DNA of 64,000 nucleotides from Planctomycetia bacterium (GTDB lineage Bacteria; Planctomycetota; Planctomycetia; Gemmatales; HRBIN36), in the NCBI GenBank assembly GCA_016795155.1, contig JAEUIE010000029.1, positions 129,212-193,211 on the forward strand, in the 5' to 3' direction. Each line of letters starts with the position of its first letter. Positions within the stretch are counted from its first letter, which is position 1. The translations under genes and the position numbers were made by a program. Shown here piece by piece: positions 19,593 to 29,843 of the stretch. The notes under the pieces were generated by a model that was given only the letters and a program-made list of their open reading frames with translations, did no database searches and was not told where the DNA came from.

Positions 19593-20522
19593 CTACTTCA
19601 GCTTCAGCGTCGCATTGGTCTCTTCTTTATTTTTCAAGTAAGCATATTCCGCAGTGAGTTTTTCTCCGCTGGTTTTTTCGAATTGCTGAGTCAGCATGAT
19701 ACCGTTGGCCTTCGGTGCACCTTGCGATTTCCAGCCCATCGCTGTCAGCTTCTTTTCAAACCAGGATGCAATTTCCTGCGAGTTGCCTTTGGTTACAGCA
19801 AATAGCTGGGCAGGCGAATCGCTGACAGTGACCAGGCGAGCCTCCGTTGGTGCAGGAAGTTCAAAAGGCAGCAATCGGGTCATGTACGAAACATTAGTCT
19901 TCTTGTCTCGAGAACCAGCGTAAATGCCAACGTCGAGTTTGATTGCGTTCTTTCGGAAAATTTGGGTACTGCCCGCCATGCCGTAAGGTTCCCATTGGTC
20001 CTTGATCAGAGCATCACGTACTTCTTTCCTGGCGTCTTCAATTGACGATTCAACTGCATATACCATGGAGGATTGCGCACCAATCAGCTTCTTGCCCGTC
20101 TTGGGTACGTACAACTTACTCACATCCAGGTTGCCCTGATTCGTCATCACGACTTTGATAACTTTGCCATCCTTTCCGCTTGCTTCAAAAACGGTTACCG
20201 CCAGTGAATAACCATTTCTGGTAAAAGTAGCCGAACACGATTTGGGACTCAGAAAAGGAGGATTAGCTGTATCCTTCCAGCCACGGTCAGCTAATTCCTT
20301 CTGGATAAACCCAAACACTTCCTTGGCATCTTCGGTGGCTGGCAGTTCATACATCTGCGTCGCCACTGATCTGATAATAGTTCCAGCTGCCTTGCTATGC
20401 ATTGGCACGGTTCGCAGATCAAGCAGCTTGGCTGCTTCTTCCACGGTGGCCAATGATGCCTCCTGTGCCACAGTCAATTGAGGGATTAAACAAAGAACCA
20501 GACTCCATAGCAAACGGGACAT
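19593..20522 (-). CDS. Hypothetical secreted protein
   Basis: 309 aa with the signal peptide MSRLLWSLVLCLIPQLTVAQE. No recognised domain. Confidence 0.6.
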   Translation of the reverse strand: MSRLLWSLVLCLIPQLTVAQEASLATVEEAAKLLDLRTVPMHSKAAGTIIRSVATQMYELPATEDAKEVFGFIQKELADRGWKDTANPPFLSPKSCSATFTRNGYSLAVTVFEASGKDGKVIKVVMTNQGNLDVSKLYVPKTGKKLIGAQSSMVYAVESSIEDARKEVRDALIKDQWEPYGMAGSTQIFRKNAIKLDVGIYAGSRDKKTNVSYMTRLLPFELPAPTEARLVTVSDSPAQLFAVTKGNSQEIASWFEKKLTAMGWKSQGAPKANGIMLTQQFEKTSGEKLTAEYAYLKNKEETNATLKLK

Positions 20523-20565
20523 TTGAGCTCCTTGGTTTCAGTACCTACGTTTACGGGTTGGGGTA

Positions 20566-21519
20566 TCACTTAACCTTGCTGATTGACAACAGGTTGATCA
20601 GTTCAGGTTCTGCTTTCGGGTCATTCAGCAACGACACGCTGATTTTATCATGGGAGAGATGATCCTTCGACAGGTTCAAGGTATGTCGCACTGCAAGTTG
20701 ATTATCAAGCTGGGTGATGACATAGCCCTGAATCCTGCTCTTATCAGATCTCTGCCATTCGCTGCCGACCCTTTGCCAGGTAATGCTGCGAGTCCATTGG
20801 CTAGTAATAATACCGGCTTTCAGTACCTTTTGTCCGTTTCCTTCCTTGCTCCACTTCTCCTGAAGCAGTTGTAGCAGTGCGGCTCGATCTGAATTCCGAT
20901 ATTCATCGGGTGGCGGAGTATTGCCTGCGATGATGTCGTTTCGCATAGTCGCAGCGAGGGAGTTCACTTCGCTGCGGATTTTTATCAACTCGGCTTTGAG
21001 TCTGGCCAGTTCTCGGTTTTCCGGGTCGAGTGCTTCCAGTGCAAGCAGCATCTGCTCTGCTTTGATAAAGCCAAGTTGGATGTCGTTCCCGGGTTTGAAA
21101 TAAGCTGGTGCCTTGTATTCCACTCCTCGCTTTGCACCATCCAAGATACGAATCAGCAAAGCATCGATTTCGGGAACCGATGCAAACATCCCGGCATAAC
21201 GCTCATACTCTTTCAGTTCTCTGGAAGCATAATTCCAGGCAGTGGAAAGATCGCTCCACGGCCTCTGGTTGGTACGCATCTGGACACCATACTTTTTGCC
21301 CAGTTCATCTATATTGAGACGGTACTGTCGCAACACGCGCAAGTTTTCCAAATGCTTTTCAGGCTGGGATGCAATGGTCTCAGGCCGCTGTAGTGCATTG
21401 CCGATCTCTTTGAGCCGTGCAGCATGATCAAGAATAGCTTGATCATTTTCCTGTGCCCATAACTGGGTGGAACCAATCCAGCAAAACATCACGACAAGTA
21501 GAGAACGTCGAGTCATCAC
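20566..21519 (-). CDS. Hypothetical secreted protein
   Basis: 317 aa with the signal peptide MMTRRSLLVVMFCWIGSTQLWAQE. Helical-looking, with no recognised domain. Confidence 0.6.
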   Translation of the reverse strand: MMTRRSLLVVMFCWIGSTQLWAQENDQAILDHAARLKEIGNALQRPETIASQPEKHLENLRVLRQYRLNIDELGKKYGVQMRTNQRPWSDLSTAWNYASRELKEYERYAGMFASVPEIDALLIRILDGAKRGVEYKAPAYFKPGNDIQLGFIKAEQMLLALEALDPENRELARLKAELIKIRSEVNSLAATMRNDIIAGNTPPPDEYRNSDRAALLQLLQEKWSKEGNGQKVLKAGIITSQWTRSITWQRVGSEWQRSDKSRIQGYVITQLDNQLAVRHTLNLSKDHLSHDKISVSLLNDPKAEPELINLLSISKVK

Positions 21520-21666
21520 GCACTCCCAGAAGAAATCGTTACATCAGGTATCCATCGCTATCCGATTTCTTTCAGAAAATTCCTGATTAGCACTATTTCT
21601 GAAAGATTGCCTGGCTTTCCATATATTCCTGTTTTGAGATTAGCTGACCGCAAGCTATAGTCAGGT

Positions 21667-23838
21667 ATGGAATTACGTTGCCCAGTAATGAACATTAATC
21701 AAGTGCCCAGGCGGAGAGGATTCGTCCTGATTATCCTCTCAGTTATCTTCGGGCTGATTGGGCACGCTGCAAGCTTCACACAGGACAAGCCACGCAGCCA
21801 GCCTTCACTCAGCCAGCAGGTTCAGGGCATCATCAACCAGCATTGTCTGGCCTGTCACCTGGAAACCAAATCCAAAGCAGGACTGCGGCTGGATAAGCTC
21901 ACCACCGAGGTGACATCTGTCAAACACGGAGTGCTCGCGCCCGGCAATGCCGATGCCAGCCTGCTCTACCAGCGCATCATCAGCGCTAATGATCAGGAAC
22001 GCATGCCTCCCGAAAAGCCTGCACTCTCTAAAGCGGAAGCGGATACCATCAGGCAATGGATTCTCGCTCTGGAAAAAGGTAGCATCTCGTCGAATACTTC
22101 CGGCAAGCCGGTACCCTGGTCTTATCAACCCATTTCAAAACCCGGCATCCCGAAAGTTCGCCAGGCTGAATGGGTCTGCTCCCCCATCGATGCCTTCATC
22201 CTTGCCAGGCTGGAACAGAAGGGTATTACCCCGTCACCCGTTGCAGACCGTCTAATCTTAATGCGTCGGCTCTATCTCGATCTGCTCGGCTTGCTGCCCA
22301 CACCGGAAGAAGTTCAAGCCTACCGGGAGGATAATCGGCCTGATGCCTATGAAAAACTCGTTGATCGACTTCTTGCTTCCAAACACTTTGGCGAGAAGTG
22401 GGGCAGGGCCTGGCTTGATCTCGCCCGCTATGCCGATAGCGATGGCTACGAACACGATGAACCGCGCCCGCATGCCTATCACTTTCGCGACTGGGTGATC
22501 AAAGCCTTCAATCAGGATATGCCCTTTGATCAGTTCACCCTGGAGCAACTCGCGGGAGATTTATTGCCTGCTCCCACCGAATCGCAATGGATTGCCAGCG
22601 GTTTCCATCGCCAGACCATGCGGCATAACACCGCTGAAATGTTCGCGGAAGATTTTCGGATCACCACGGTCAAGGATCGGGTCAGCACCACCGGCATGGT
22701 CTGGCTCGGCATGACCATTGGCTGCGCAGAATGTCACGATCACAAGTACGATCCCGTTTCACAAGAAGATTACTACCGGCTTTATGCAGTTTTCAACGAT
22801 GCCCAGGAACGTGTGGTCGGACTTTCCGAAGACAAGCAGATTGCCACGTTCGAGCACATCACTCGCGATGCTTTTCTGCATCAGCGAGGCAACCCTGCCA
22901 TGCCCGGCCCGAAGATGCGGCCTGGTATACCAGCAGCATTACCTGCATGGAAGCCTGCGGACAAACACGCCACCCGGCTCGATCTGGCCCGCTGGCTGGT
23001 GCAGAAAGACAATCCGCTCACACCCCGCGTGGAAGTCAACCGCATCTGGAAACAACTCTTCGGCAGCGGTCTGGTGACCTCACCTGATGACTTCGGTAAC
23101 CACGGACAATCACCCAGTCATCCCGAACTCCTCGACTGGCTTGCTCTTGAACTACGTGATAATGGATGGAAACGCAAGCCGATCATCAGGAAGATGGTAC
23201 TCTCTTCCACCTATCGTCAGAGTTCCCATATCCGACCTGAACTGAAACAGCTTGATCCGCTGAATCGCTTGCTGGCCAGGCAGAATCGTTTTCCACTCGA
23301 TGCGGAAAACATTTACGATATCTCGCTGCAGGTGGCTGGCATGCTGCAATTGGAAGAAATCGGCGGGCCATCTTTTCAGCCACCTCTCCCGACACAACTC
23401 GAATTGAACCTGATCAAAAATAATCGACTGATGGAAACTTCAGAAACGTATGATCGCTACCGCCGGGGTATCTACCTGCAGGTGCAGCGTACTTACCAGC
23501 ATCCGTTTCTGGCAACTTTCCATGCTCCCGACAGCAGTATCAGTTGTGCCATGCGGGAACAGGCACGTACCCCGGCACAGGCTCTCATGATGCTGAACGA
23601 TCCTATTTTCCAGGAATGCTGTGAGCAACTCCAGAACCGGATCAGGGAACATGCCGATGCACCGGAACAACGCATTCGATTCGGGTTCAAACTCTGTCTG
23701 GGGCGGGAGCCTGTAAAACAGGAAGTCGCAATCCTCCTCGATCTGGTAAAGCGACTGGAAAAAAGCATGGCTGATGCACCCTGGCTTGGCTTCGCCAGTG
23801 TGCTGCTGAATCTGGAAGGATTTACCACGCGGGAATGA
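21667..23838 (+). CDS. PSCyt / DUF1549 / DUF1553 protein (planctomycete cytochrome-c-domain family)
   Basis: It has CLACHLETKSKAGLRLD (PSCyt-like CxxCH) and CAECHDHKYDPVSQEDYY (DUF1553 hallmark). It overlaps the downstream DUF1501 gene by 4 nt. Confidence 0.9.
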   Translation: MELRCPVMNINQVPRRRGFVLIILSVIFGLIGHAASFTQDKPRSQPSLSQQVQGIINQHCLACHLETKSKAGLRLDKLTTEVTSVKHGVLAPGNADASLLYQRIISANDQERMPPEKPALSKAEADTIRQWILALEKGSISSNTSGKPVPWSYQPISKPGIPKVRQAEWVCSPIDAFILARLEQKGITPSPVADRLILMRRLYLDLLGLLPTPEEVQAYREDNRPDAYEKLVDRLLASKHFGEKWGRAWLDLARYADSDGYEHDEPRPHAYHFRDWVIKAFNQDMPFDQFTLEQLAGDLLPAPTESQWIASGFHRQTMRHNTAEMFAEDFRITTVKDRVSTTGMVWLGMTIGCAECHDHKYDPVSQEDYYRLYAVFNDAQERVVGLSEDKQIATFEHITRDAFLHQRGNPAMPGPKMRPGIPAALPAWKPADKHATRLDLARWLVQKDNPLTPRVEVNRIWKQLFGSGLVTSPDDFGNHGQSPSHPELLDWLALELRDNGWKRKPIIRKMVLSSTYRQSSHIRPELKQLDPLNRLLARQNRFPLDAENIYDISLQVAGMLQLEEIGGPSFQPPLPTQLELNLIKNNRLMETSETYDRYRRGIYLQVQRTYQHPFLATFHAPDSSISCAMREQARTPAQALMMLNDPIFQECCEQLQNRIREHADAPEQRIRFGFKLCLGREPVKQEVAILLDLVKRLEKSMADAPWLGFASVLLNLEGFTTRE

Positions 23839-25247
23839 GCATGCAATCCTGGCCAACATCACTGAATCGCCGAAGCTACCTGCAAAGTGCTGCCGGGTTT
23901 CTGGGCATGGTTTCGCTCGCCACACTGCTGGAAGCCGAGGAAAAACCTGGCACGGAGTTGAAACCTCACTTCCCCGCCAAAGCCAAAAACTGCATCTATA
24001 TCTTCCTGGCAGGTGGCACCAGCCAGGTGGATTTGTTTGATCCCAAGACCAAACTCAACGACCTGCACGGCAAACCGGTCCCTGCCTCCATGGTCGATGG
24101 CGTACGTTTTGCCTTTACCGATCCGAAGAAATCATTTCTGATGCGTTCCCCCTTTGCCTTCAAAAAGTGGGGCAAGTGCGGAGCGGAAATCTCGGAACTG
24201 CTGCCCCATATTGCGGACAGTGCTGATGACATCGCGATCATTCGGTCTATGCATCATCATGCCTTCGCCCACGCACAGGCTGAACTGTTCACGCTCACTG
24301 GTCGGGATCAGGCAGGACACCCCACCAACGGGGCCTGGCTGAGCTATGGCTTGGGCAACAGTTCTCAGGAACTTCCTGCCTATGTCACACTGGTGACTGG
24401 TGCTGCACCGGTGGCACGTTCCTTAACCTGGGGTGCCGGGTACCTGCCTGCTTCCCATGCCGGCGTGCTGTTCCGCAACGAAGGCGAACCCATCTTGAAC
24501 TTGGGCAACATGCCAGGTGTTTCCCGCGAGGCTCGTCGAGAGCAACTCGATGCCCTGGCCAAACTCGATCAGATGCAGAAGGAACGCACCGGCGATCAGT
24601 CCATTGATGCCCGCATCGCCAACTATGAACTCGCCTTTCGCATGCAGCGATCCGCACCCGAATTGACCGATTACCGTCAGGAATCGCAAGCCACCCGCGA
24701 AGCCTACGGCACACAGCGTTCGGGAGATGAAGGCCACTTCGCCCGCAACTGTCTGCTCGCCCGCAGACTCGTGGAACGGGGCGTGAGGTTTGTTTCCATC
24801 CTACACCGCAAGTGGGATCATCATAAAGATCTGAACGAATTCTATCCGGGCGTGTGCCGGGAAATCGATCAGCCCATCGGCGCCCTGCTGAAAGACTTGA
24901 AAACCCGTGGTCTGCTCGATTCAACGCTGGTGGTCTTTGCTACCGAGTTTGGCCGGACGCCGTTTACCGAAAATGTCGCCCCCGGCCCGCACGCAGGCCG
25001 CGATCATCATCCGTTTGCCTACAGCCAGTGGGTGGCCGGTGGCGGCGTGCGAGGCGGTATCACCCTCGGCAGCACCGATGAATTGGGCTGGAAAATCGAG
25101 CAGGATCCCGTTCACCTGCATGATTTTCATGCCACGCTGCTGCACCTGTTCGGCTTCGACCATACCCGGCTTACGTATCTGTTTCGTGGGCTCAATCATC
25201 GCCTGACTGACCAGGGAGGCAAACTGGTCAACTCGCTTCTCCTTTGA
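23835..25247 (+). CDS. DUF1501 domain protein with a Tat-like signal
   Basis: It has RRSYLQSAAGFLGMVSLATL, then FATEFGRTPF and GRDHHPFAY. This is the canonical partner of DUF1553 proteins. Confidence 0.9.
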   Translation: MSMQSWPTSLNRRSYLQSAAGFLGMVSLATLLEAEEKPGTELKPHFPAKAKNCIYIFLAGGTSQVDLFDPKTKLNDLHGKPVPASMVDGVRFAFTDPKKSFLMRSPFAFKKWGKCGAEISELLPHIADSADDIAIIRSMHHHAFAHAQAELFTLTGRDQAGHPTNGAWLSYGLGNSSQELPAYVTLVTGAAPVARSLTWGAGYLPASHAGVLFRNEGEPILNLGNMPGVSREARREQLDALAKLDQMQKERTGDQSIDARIANYELAFRMQRSAPELTDYRQESQATREAYGTQRSGDEGHFARNCLLARRLVERGVRFVSILHRKWDHHKDLNEFYPGVCREIDQPIGALLKDLKTRGLLDSTLVVFATEFGRTPFTENVAPGPHAGRDHHPFAYSQWVAGGGVRGGITLGSTDELGWKIEQDPVHLHDFHATLLHLFGFDHTRLTYLFRGLNHRLTDQGGKLVNSLLL

Positions 25248-25259
25248 TGGAATTTCTGC

Positions 25260-26492
25260 ATGATGGTACGCTTCCTGTTCTGCTTCCTGGCATGGGGACT
25301 TTCTTTCAGTTCGATGCTCCATGCTGATGATTGGCCCGTCTTCCGCGGGCCAACACAGGGGCACGCAACTGGTTCCTTGCCGCTGGAATGGAGCGAAGAG
25401 AAAAACATCGTCTGGTCTGCTGAGATTCCAGGCAAAGGCTGGTCTTCACCCGTGGTTGCAGCAAGTAAGGTGGCGCTCACCACCGCTGCCGACCCTGACG
25501 ATGGCGATGGCTACTCGCTGCGCTGCCTGTACCTGAACGCCCAGACAGGTGAGATCCTCTGGAATGTCGAAGTCTTCAAGCAGCCCAGTGACGCACCTGC
25601 CATACACAATAAAAACAGCCACGCCAGCCCCACGCCGATTATCGCGGGTAACCGCATCATCGTGCATTTCGGCCATCAGGGCACCGCTGCCCTCGATACC
25701 ACGGGGAAAATTCTCTGGCGTAATCAGGAACACCGCTATAAGCCGGTGCATGGCAATGGAGGCACGCCGTTGCTCGTGCAGGATGTCGTTATCTTTTCCT
25801 GTGATGGCGATGACAAACAAATGGTAGTCGGCCTCGATGTAAGCACCGGCAAAACACGATGGAAAACAGATCGCAACGCCTCGCCCGGCAGACTATTTTC
25901 CTTCGGTACCCCGCTGGCGATCAAGGTGAAAGACCAGGTACAGGTCGTCTCAGCAGGCAGTGACGTGGTCATGTCGCTTGATCCGCTCACCGGTCAGGAA
26001 CTCTGGCGATTCAAATACACCGGCTATTCACAGACTCCACAGCCTGTAGCAGGCAATGGCCTCATCTATGTCTGTACCGGCTTCGATACTCCCAAACTGC
26101 TCGCCATCCGCACCGATGGAAAAGGCGATGTGACCAAAACGCATCTGGCCTGGGAAGCCACACGCAATATGCCACTGACTCCCACGCCAGTGCTCGAAGG
26201 AAACACACTGCATGTGTTGTCTGATAACGGTATACTCAGTGCTCTCGATGCAGCAACTGGTCAATACCGTGGTCAACAACGCTTGAATGGTAACTTCTCT
26301 GCTTCGCCACTGCTGGCTAATCAGCATCTCTACTGTCTCAATGAAAATGGTACCTGCTATGTCATTCGCACAGGCGAAAAATATCAGGAAAAAGCAAAAA
26401 ACACACTTCCCGGACAAACCCTCGCATCTCCGGCGGCCAGCCAGGGTATGCTGTTCATACGCACCGAGAACATGCTCTATGGAATCAAATAA
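25260..26492 (+). CDS. PQQ-like beta-propeller repeat protein (BamB-like family)
   Basis: 410 aa with a signal peptide, then DDWPVFRGP and repeated W/G propeller blades. Confidence 0.8.
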   Translation: MMVRFLFCFLAWGLSFSSMLHADDWPVFRGPTQGHATGSLPLEWSEEKNIVWSAEIPGKGWSSPVVAASKVALTTAADPDDGDGYSLRCLYLNAQTGEILWNVEVFKQPSDAPAIHNKNSHASPTPIIAGNRIIVHFGHQGTAALDTTGKILWRNQEHRYKPVHGNGGTPLLVQDVVIFSCDGDDKQMVVGLDVSTGKTRWKTDRNASPGRLFSFGTPLAIKVKDQVQVVSAGSDVVMSLDPLTGQELWRFKYTGYSQTPQPVAGNGLIYVCTGFDTPKLLAIRTDGKGDVTKTHLAWEATRNMPLTPTPVLEGNTLHVLSDNGILSALDAATGQYRGQQRLNGNFSASPLLANQHLYCLNENGTCYVIRTGEKYQEKAKNTLPGQTLASPAASQGMLFIRTENMLYGIK

Positions 26493-26513
26493 CCTCAAAT
26501 ACTGAGCTATGTT

Positions 26514-29500
26514 TTGATTGTGATGGCCATGTCATCAAGTTCATCCATGAAAGCGCACATCTCTACACCGCCCGAGAAGCCTCGCCGGCAATCAGCCTGG
26601 AAAATCTGGCTCGCTTCGTTCGCTTTCCTGGCACTCTTCTGGCTCGGCATACGCTACATTTACAGCTACTTCAACACGATGATTGACCATTCCACCCGGA
26701 ACACCGGCTTCCAGGTGGAACAGGCTGCAGCACCTGTCGTACTGCTTCTGGAACCAGTTAACGAAGTGGGAAATGGGCCGACAAAAACAGTTTCACCTGC
26801 AACTACTGCACACCAGTCTGTACGTATGCCTTCCAAGCCGAAACAGTCGCCTCATCGCCTGGCTCCAGAAATGCTGCTGCTGCACACCGTGGGAGGTGAT
26901 ATCCTTCTGGCACTCTATCCCGATGTTGCACCCAAAACCGTGAAACAGATACTGACATGGGCCAGGCTTGGCGTTTTCGACACCACCCATTTCAGCCGGC
27001 TTGAACCAGGTTTTGTGCTGCAGACATCACTGGCAGAGGATCGGATCATACCGTTCACGCCAGCACAGCAGCAGAGCCTGGGCACCATTCCCGGCGAGTT
27101 CAGTACCACGCTGAAACACCGCAAAGGCGTCCTCTCCATGGGCCGCGACGATGGCAAACCCGATAGTGCCCGAACCTCCTTCTCCATTCTCCTGGGCGAT
27201 GCACCCCATCTTGATGGGCAGTATACTATCTTCGGCGAAGTCGAAGCAGGTATGGAAGTTGTTGAGCGTTTGTGCACCGCGCCGCGGGTCGATGGCAGCA
27301 ATGCTCCCGAAACCAGGCTCACCATTCTCAATGTGCAGGTGGTGCATCAGGATGAACTATCGCTGGTGAAAATGGAGCAGCCCGTCGAGTTGGCGATCCT
27401 GCAGCAGCAGGTCTGGCCCCGCCAGGCTGTACTCGCCTCTGCTGCAACCATTCTGAAAAAGCACTGCTGGAAATGTCACGGTGGAGAATCCACCAAAGGC
27501 CAACTCGATCTGACCTGTTCAACCGGTTTGAAAGCAGGGGGAGAACATGGCCCGGTCTTTCTCCCCAACGATCCACTCAAAAGCGCTTTGCTTCATCGAC
27601 TTACTGCAGATGATGATCAGCGCATGCCTCCCAAAGGCCCAACACTGCATGCCGAGGAAATCCGCATTCTGACAGAATGGCTGAACCACGGTGCAGAGTA
27701 TCCACCAGACTATGCACTTCGCAAACAGCAGGCCTCCGCACCAGACCATGCTCTTCTCATCGCCAGCCACTGGTTCTTCCAGCCCTTGTCGGCAGTTAAA
27801 GCGCCAGACATCAAGCAAGCTGACTGGAAACGCAACGATACCGATGCCTTCATCCTCAGCAAACTCGAGAGCAGAAAACTGTCCCCCGCACCTGATGCTT
27901 CTGCACCCGTTCTTCGCCGTCGCCTGGCGTACACCTTGACCGGCTTGCCGCCCGCCGCCGATCAACAGGGGACCCACGAGCAACAGGTGGAACAACTCCT
28001 GAAGAGCAGCCACTATGGCGAACACATGGCCCGCATGTGGCTCGATCTTGTTCGTTTTGCCGAGAGCGATGGCTACGAAGACGATAACAACCGCCCGGAA
28101 GCCTATCACTATCGCGATTTCCTCATTCGGGCATTCAACGATGACTTGCCATTCGACCAGTTCCTGCGCTGGCAGCTTGCAGGCGATGAACTTGCCCCGC
28201 TGCAATCCGACGCCCGCGCTGCCACTGGCTTCCTGGCGGCTGGTCCGTTTCAGACTTTCTTTGCCAAGAAGAAGGATCGTTACGATGAACTCGATGACAT
28301 CGTTACCACCAGCAGCGTTGCCTTCATGGGCATGACCGTTGGCTGTGCCCGCTGCCACGATCACAAGCATGATCCTGTCACCCAGCACGAATACTATCGC
28401 ATGGTCAGCGTGTTCCACGGCAGTCGTCGAAAAGTCGATTATCTCGATACCGAAGCCGGGCGAATGTATGACCAGCAGCGGGAACCCCTCGCCAAACTGC
28501 TGCAAGAGTTTGCTGATCTCACCGCACCGGCACGTGAAAAAGTAAGGCATCAGAAAATCGCTGCATTGATGATTGAACCTCGTGAAAAAGCGGTCTTGAA
28601 GTTGCCGCACGATCCGGACAACGGCTTTCAGGTAAGCTTACTCAGGCGCTACGATTATCTGCTGCAGGTCACTACCGATGAAGCCAGGCAGGCCTGCGAG
28701 GAACAGCATGCAGCGGCCTGGGATGAACTGGCACAGAAAATTCAGGAAGAAGAAAGCAAACTGCCCCCGGCACCCGCCAAGGGGCTGATCTACCTCGGCA
28801 GCAGGACAGAACCTGCCAGCTTTCTTGATCGTGGCGATCCCGACCGTGCCCGGCACACGGTACCGCCCGGTTTTCTGACAGCGCTGACACCTTCTCGCCC
28901 AGTCTGGCAACAGGCAACCTGGCAGGCCTGGGGTATATCTCCACGATCCGCTTTGGCCAACTGGCTTACCGATACCGATGCCGGGGCAGGGCATCAGGTT
29001 GCCCGCGTCATCGTCAACCGCCTCTGGCAAATGCACTTCGGGGTCGGCCTGGTCAAAACCGCCAACGATTTCGGCATCACCGGCACCCCGCCAACACATC
29101 CCGAACTGCTCGATTACCTTGCCCGGCAACTGATCCAGAATGGCTGGAAACTCAAACCGATTCATCAACTCATCGTCACGAGCCACACCTGGCAGTTGAG
29201 CCAGCTGCCCAGTGAAGAGCTGAAAAAAGCTGATCCGGATAACATGCTCTATGGTCGGCGAATCATGCAACGGCTCACTGCTGAAGAAGTGCGCGATTCC
29301 ATCCTGATGCTGACTGGGCAACTCAATCGCGAACTGTTTGGCCCCAGCATCAAACCTGCTATTCCTGCCGAGGCGATTTTCGCCACCGCCCCCAAGCATG
29401 GCGAGGTCTGGCCTGCTGTCGTTCCTGAACAACCCGATGTCTGGCGACGCAGTCTTTACATTTACCGCAAGCGATCTAACCCTGTCCCGTTCCTGCAGCT

Positions 29501-29837
29501 TTTCGATGCCCCCGATGCAGCCAGCAGTTGTGCCTGCCGGGTATCTTCAACTACCCCCACCCAGTCGCTGGCGCTGTTCAATAATCCCTTCATCCGCCAT
29601 CAAGCCCGGCATGCTGCCCGCCAGGCACTCGAGAAAACAGCCATCAATCCTGCGGAAGCGGTTCGGCTGGTCTATCGCCAGTTATTGAGCCGGGAAGTAA
29701 CCACGGTTGAGTTGCAGCGGGTACTGCAGTTTATCAGATCGCGTGAACCAATCAGTTCCTCGGTCGCTCTCGAAGAGGCTATGACAGATATCTGTCACAC
29801 CCTCTTCATGACCAATGAATTTCTTTATGTGGAGTAG
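26514..29837 (+). CDS. Fusion protein: cyclophilin-type PPIase domain + PSCyt + DUF1549 + DUF1553
   Basis: TTG start in the track, with ATGs at 26523 and 26529. It has a TM anchor. The cyclophilin-like block is HTVGGDILLALYPDVAPKTVKQIL...FSRLEPGFVLQ...GVLSMGR...FSILLGDAPHLDGQYTIFGEVEAGMEVVERL. This is followed by CWKCHGGESTKGQLDL and CARCHDHKHDPVTQHEYY. Confidence 0.85.
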   Translation: MIVMAMSSSSSMKAHISTPPEKPRRQSAWKIWLASFAFLALFWLGIRYIYSYFNTMIDHSTRNTGFQVEQAAAPVVLLLEPVNEVGNGPTKTVSPATTAHQSVRMPSKPKQSPHRLAPEMLLLHTVGGDILLALYPDVAPKTVKQILTWARLGVFDTTHFSRLEPGFVLQTSLAEDRIIPFTPAQQQSLGTIPGEFSTTLKHRKGVLSMGRDDGKPDSARTSFSILLGDAPHLDGQYTIFGEVEAGMEVVERLCTAPRVDGSNAPETRLTILNVQVVHQDELSLVKMEQPVELAILQQQVWPRQAVLASAATILKKHCWKCHGGESTKGQLDLTCSTGLKAGGEHGPVFLPNDPLKSALLHRLTADDDQRMPPKGPTLHAEEIRILTEWLNHGAEYPPDYALRKQQASAPDHALLIASHWFFQPLSAVKAPDIKQADWKRNDTDAFILSKLESRKLSPAPDASAPVLRRRLAYTLTGLPPAADQQGTHEQQVEQLLKSSHYGEHMARMWLDLVRFAESDGYEDDNNRPEAYHYRDFLIRAFNDDLPFDQFLRWQLAGDELAPLQSDARAATGFLAAGPFQTFFAKKKDRYDELDDIVTTSSVAFMGMTVGCARCHDHKHDPVTQHEYYRMVSVFHGSRRKVDYLDTEAGRMYDQQREPLAKLLQEFADLTAPAREKVRHQKIAALMIEPREKAVLKLPHDPDNGFQVSLLRRYDYLLQVTTDEARQACEEQHAAAWDELAQKIQEEESKLPPAPAKGLIYLGSRTEPASFLDRGDPDRARHTVPPGFLTALTPSRPVWQQATWQAWGISPRSALANWLTDTDAGAGHQVARVIVNRLWQMHFGVGLVKTANDFGITGTPPTHPELLDYLARQLIQNGWKLKPIHQLIVTSHTWQLSQLPSEELKKADPDNMLYGRRIMQRLTAEEVRDSILMLTGQLNRELFGPSIKPAIPAEAIFATAPKHGEVWPAVVPEQPDVWRRSLYIYRKRSNPVPFLQLFDAPDAASSCACRVSSTTPTQSLALFNNPFIRHQARHAARQALEKTAINPAEAVRLVYRQLLSREVTTVELQRVLQFIRSREPISSSVALEEAMTDICHTLFMTNEFLYVE

Positions 29838-29843
29838 TCTGCC

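Noticed and set aside
27519-28610. A 363-aa minus-strand ORF (and the 264-aa ORF at 28638..29432) inside the cyclophilin-PSCyt-DUF1553 gene.
   Set aside because: They are fully antisense to a gene with clear family motifs (CARCHDHKHDP and others). Their translations are low-complexity with no motifs. These are typical shadow ORFs of GC-rich coding sequence.
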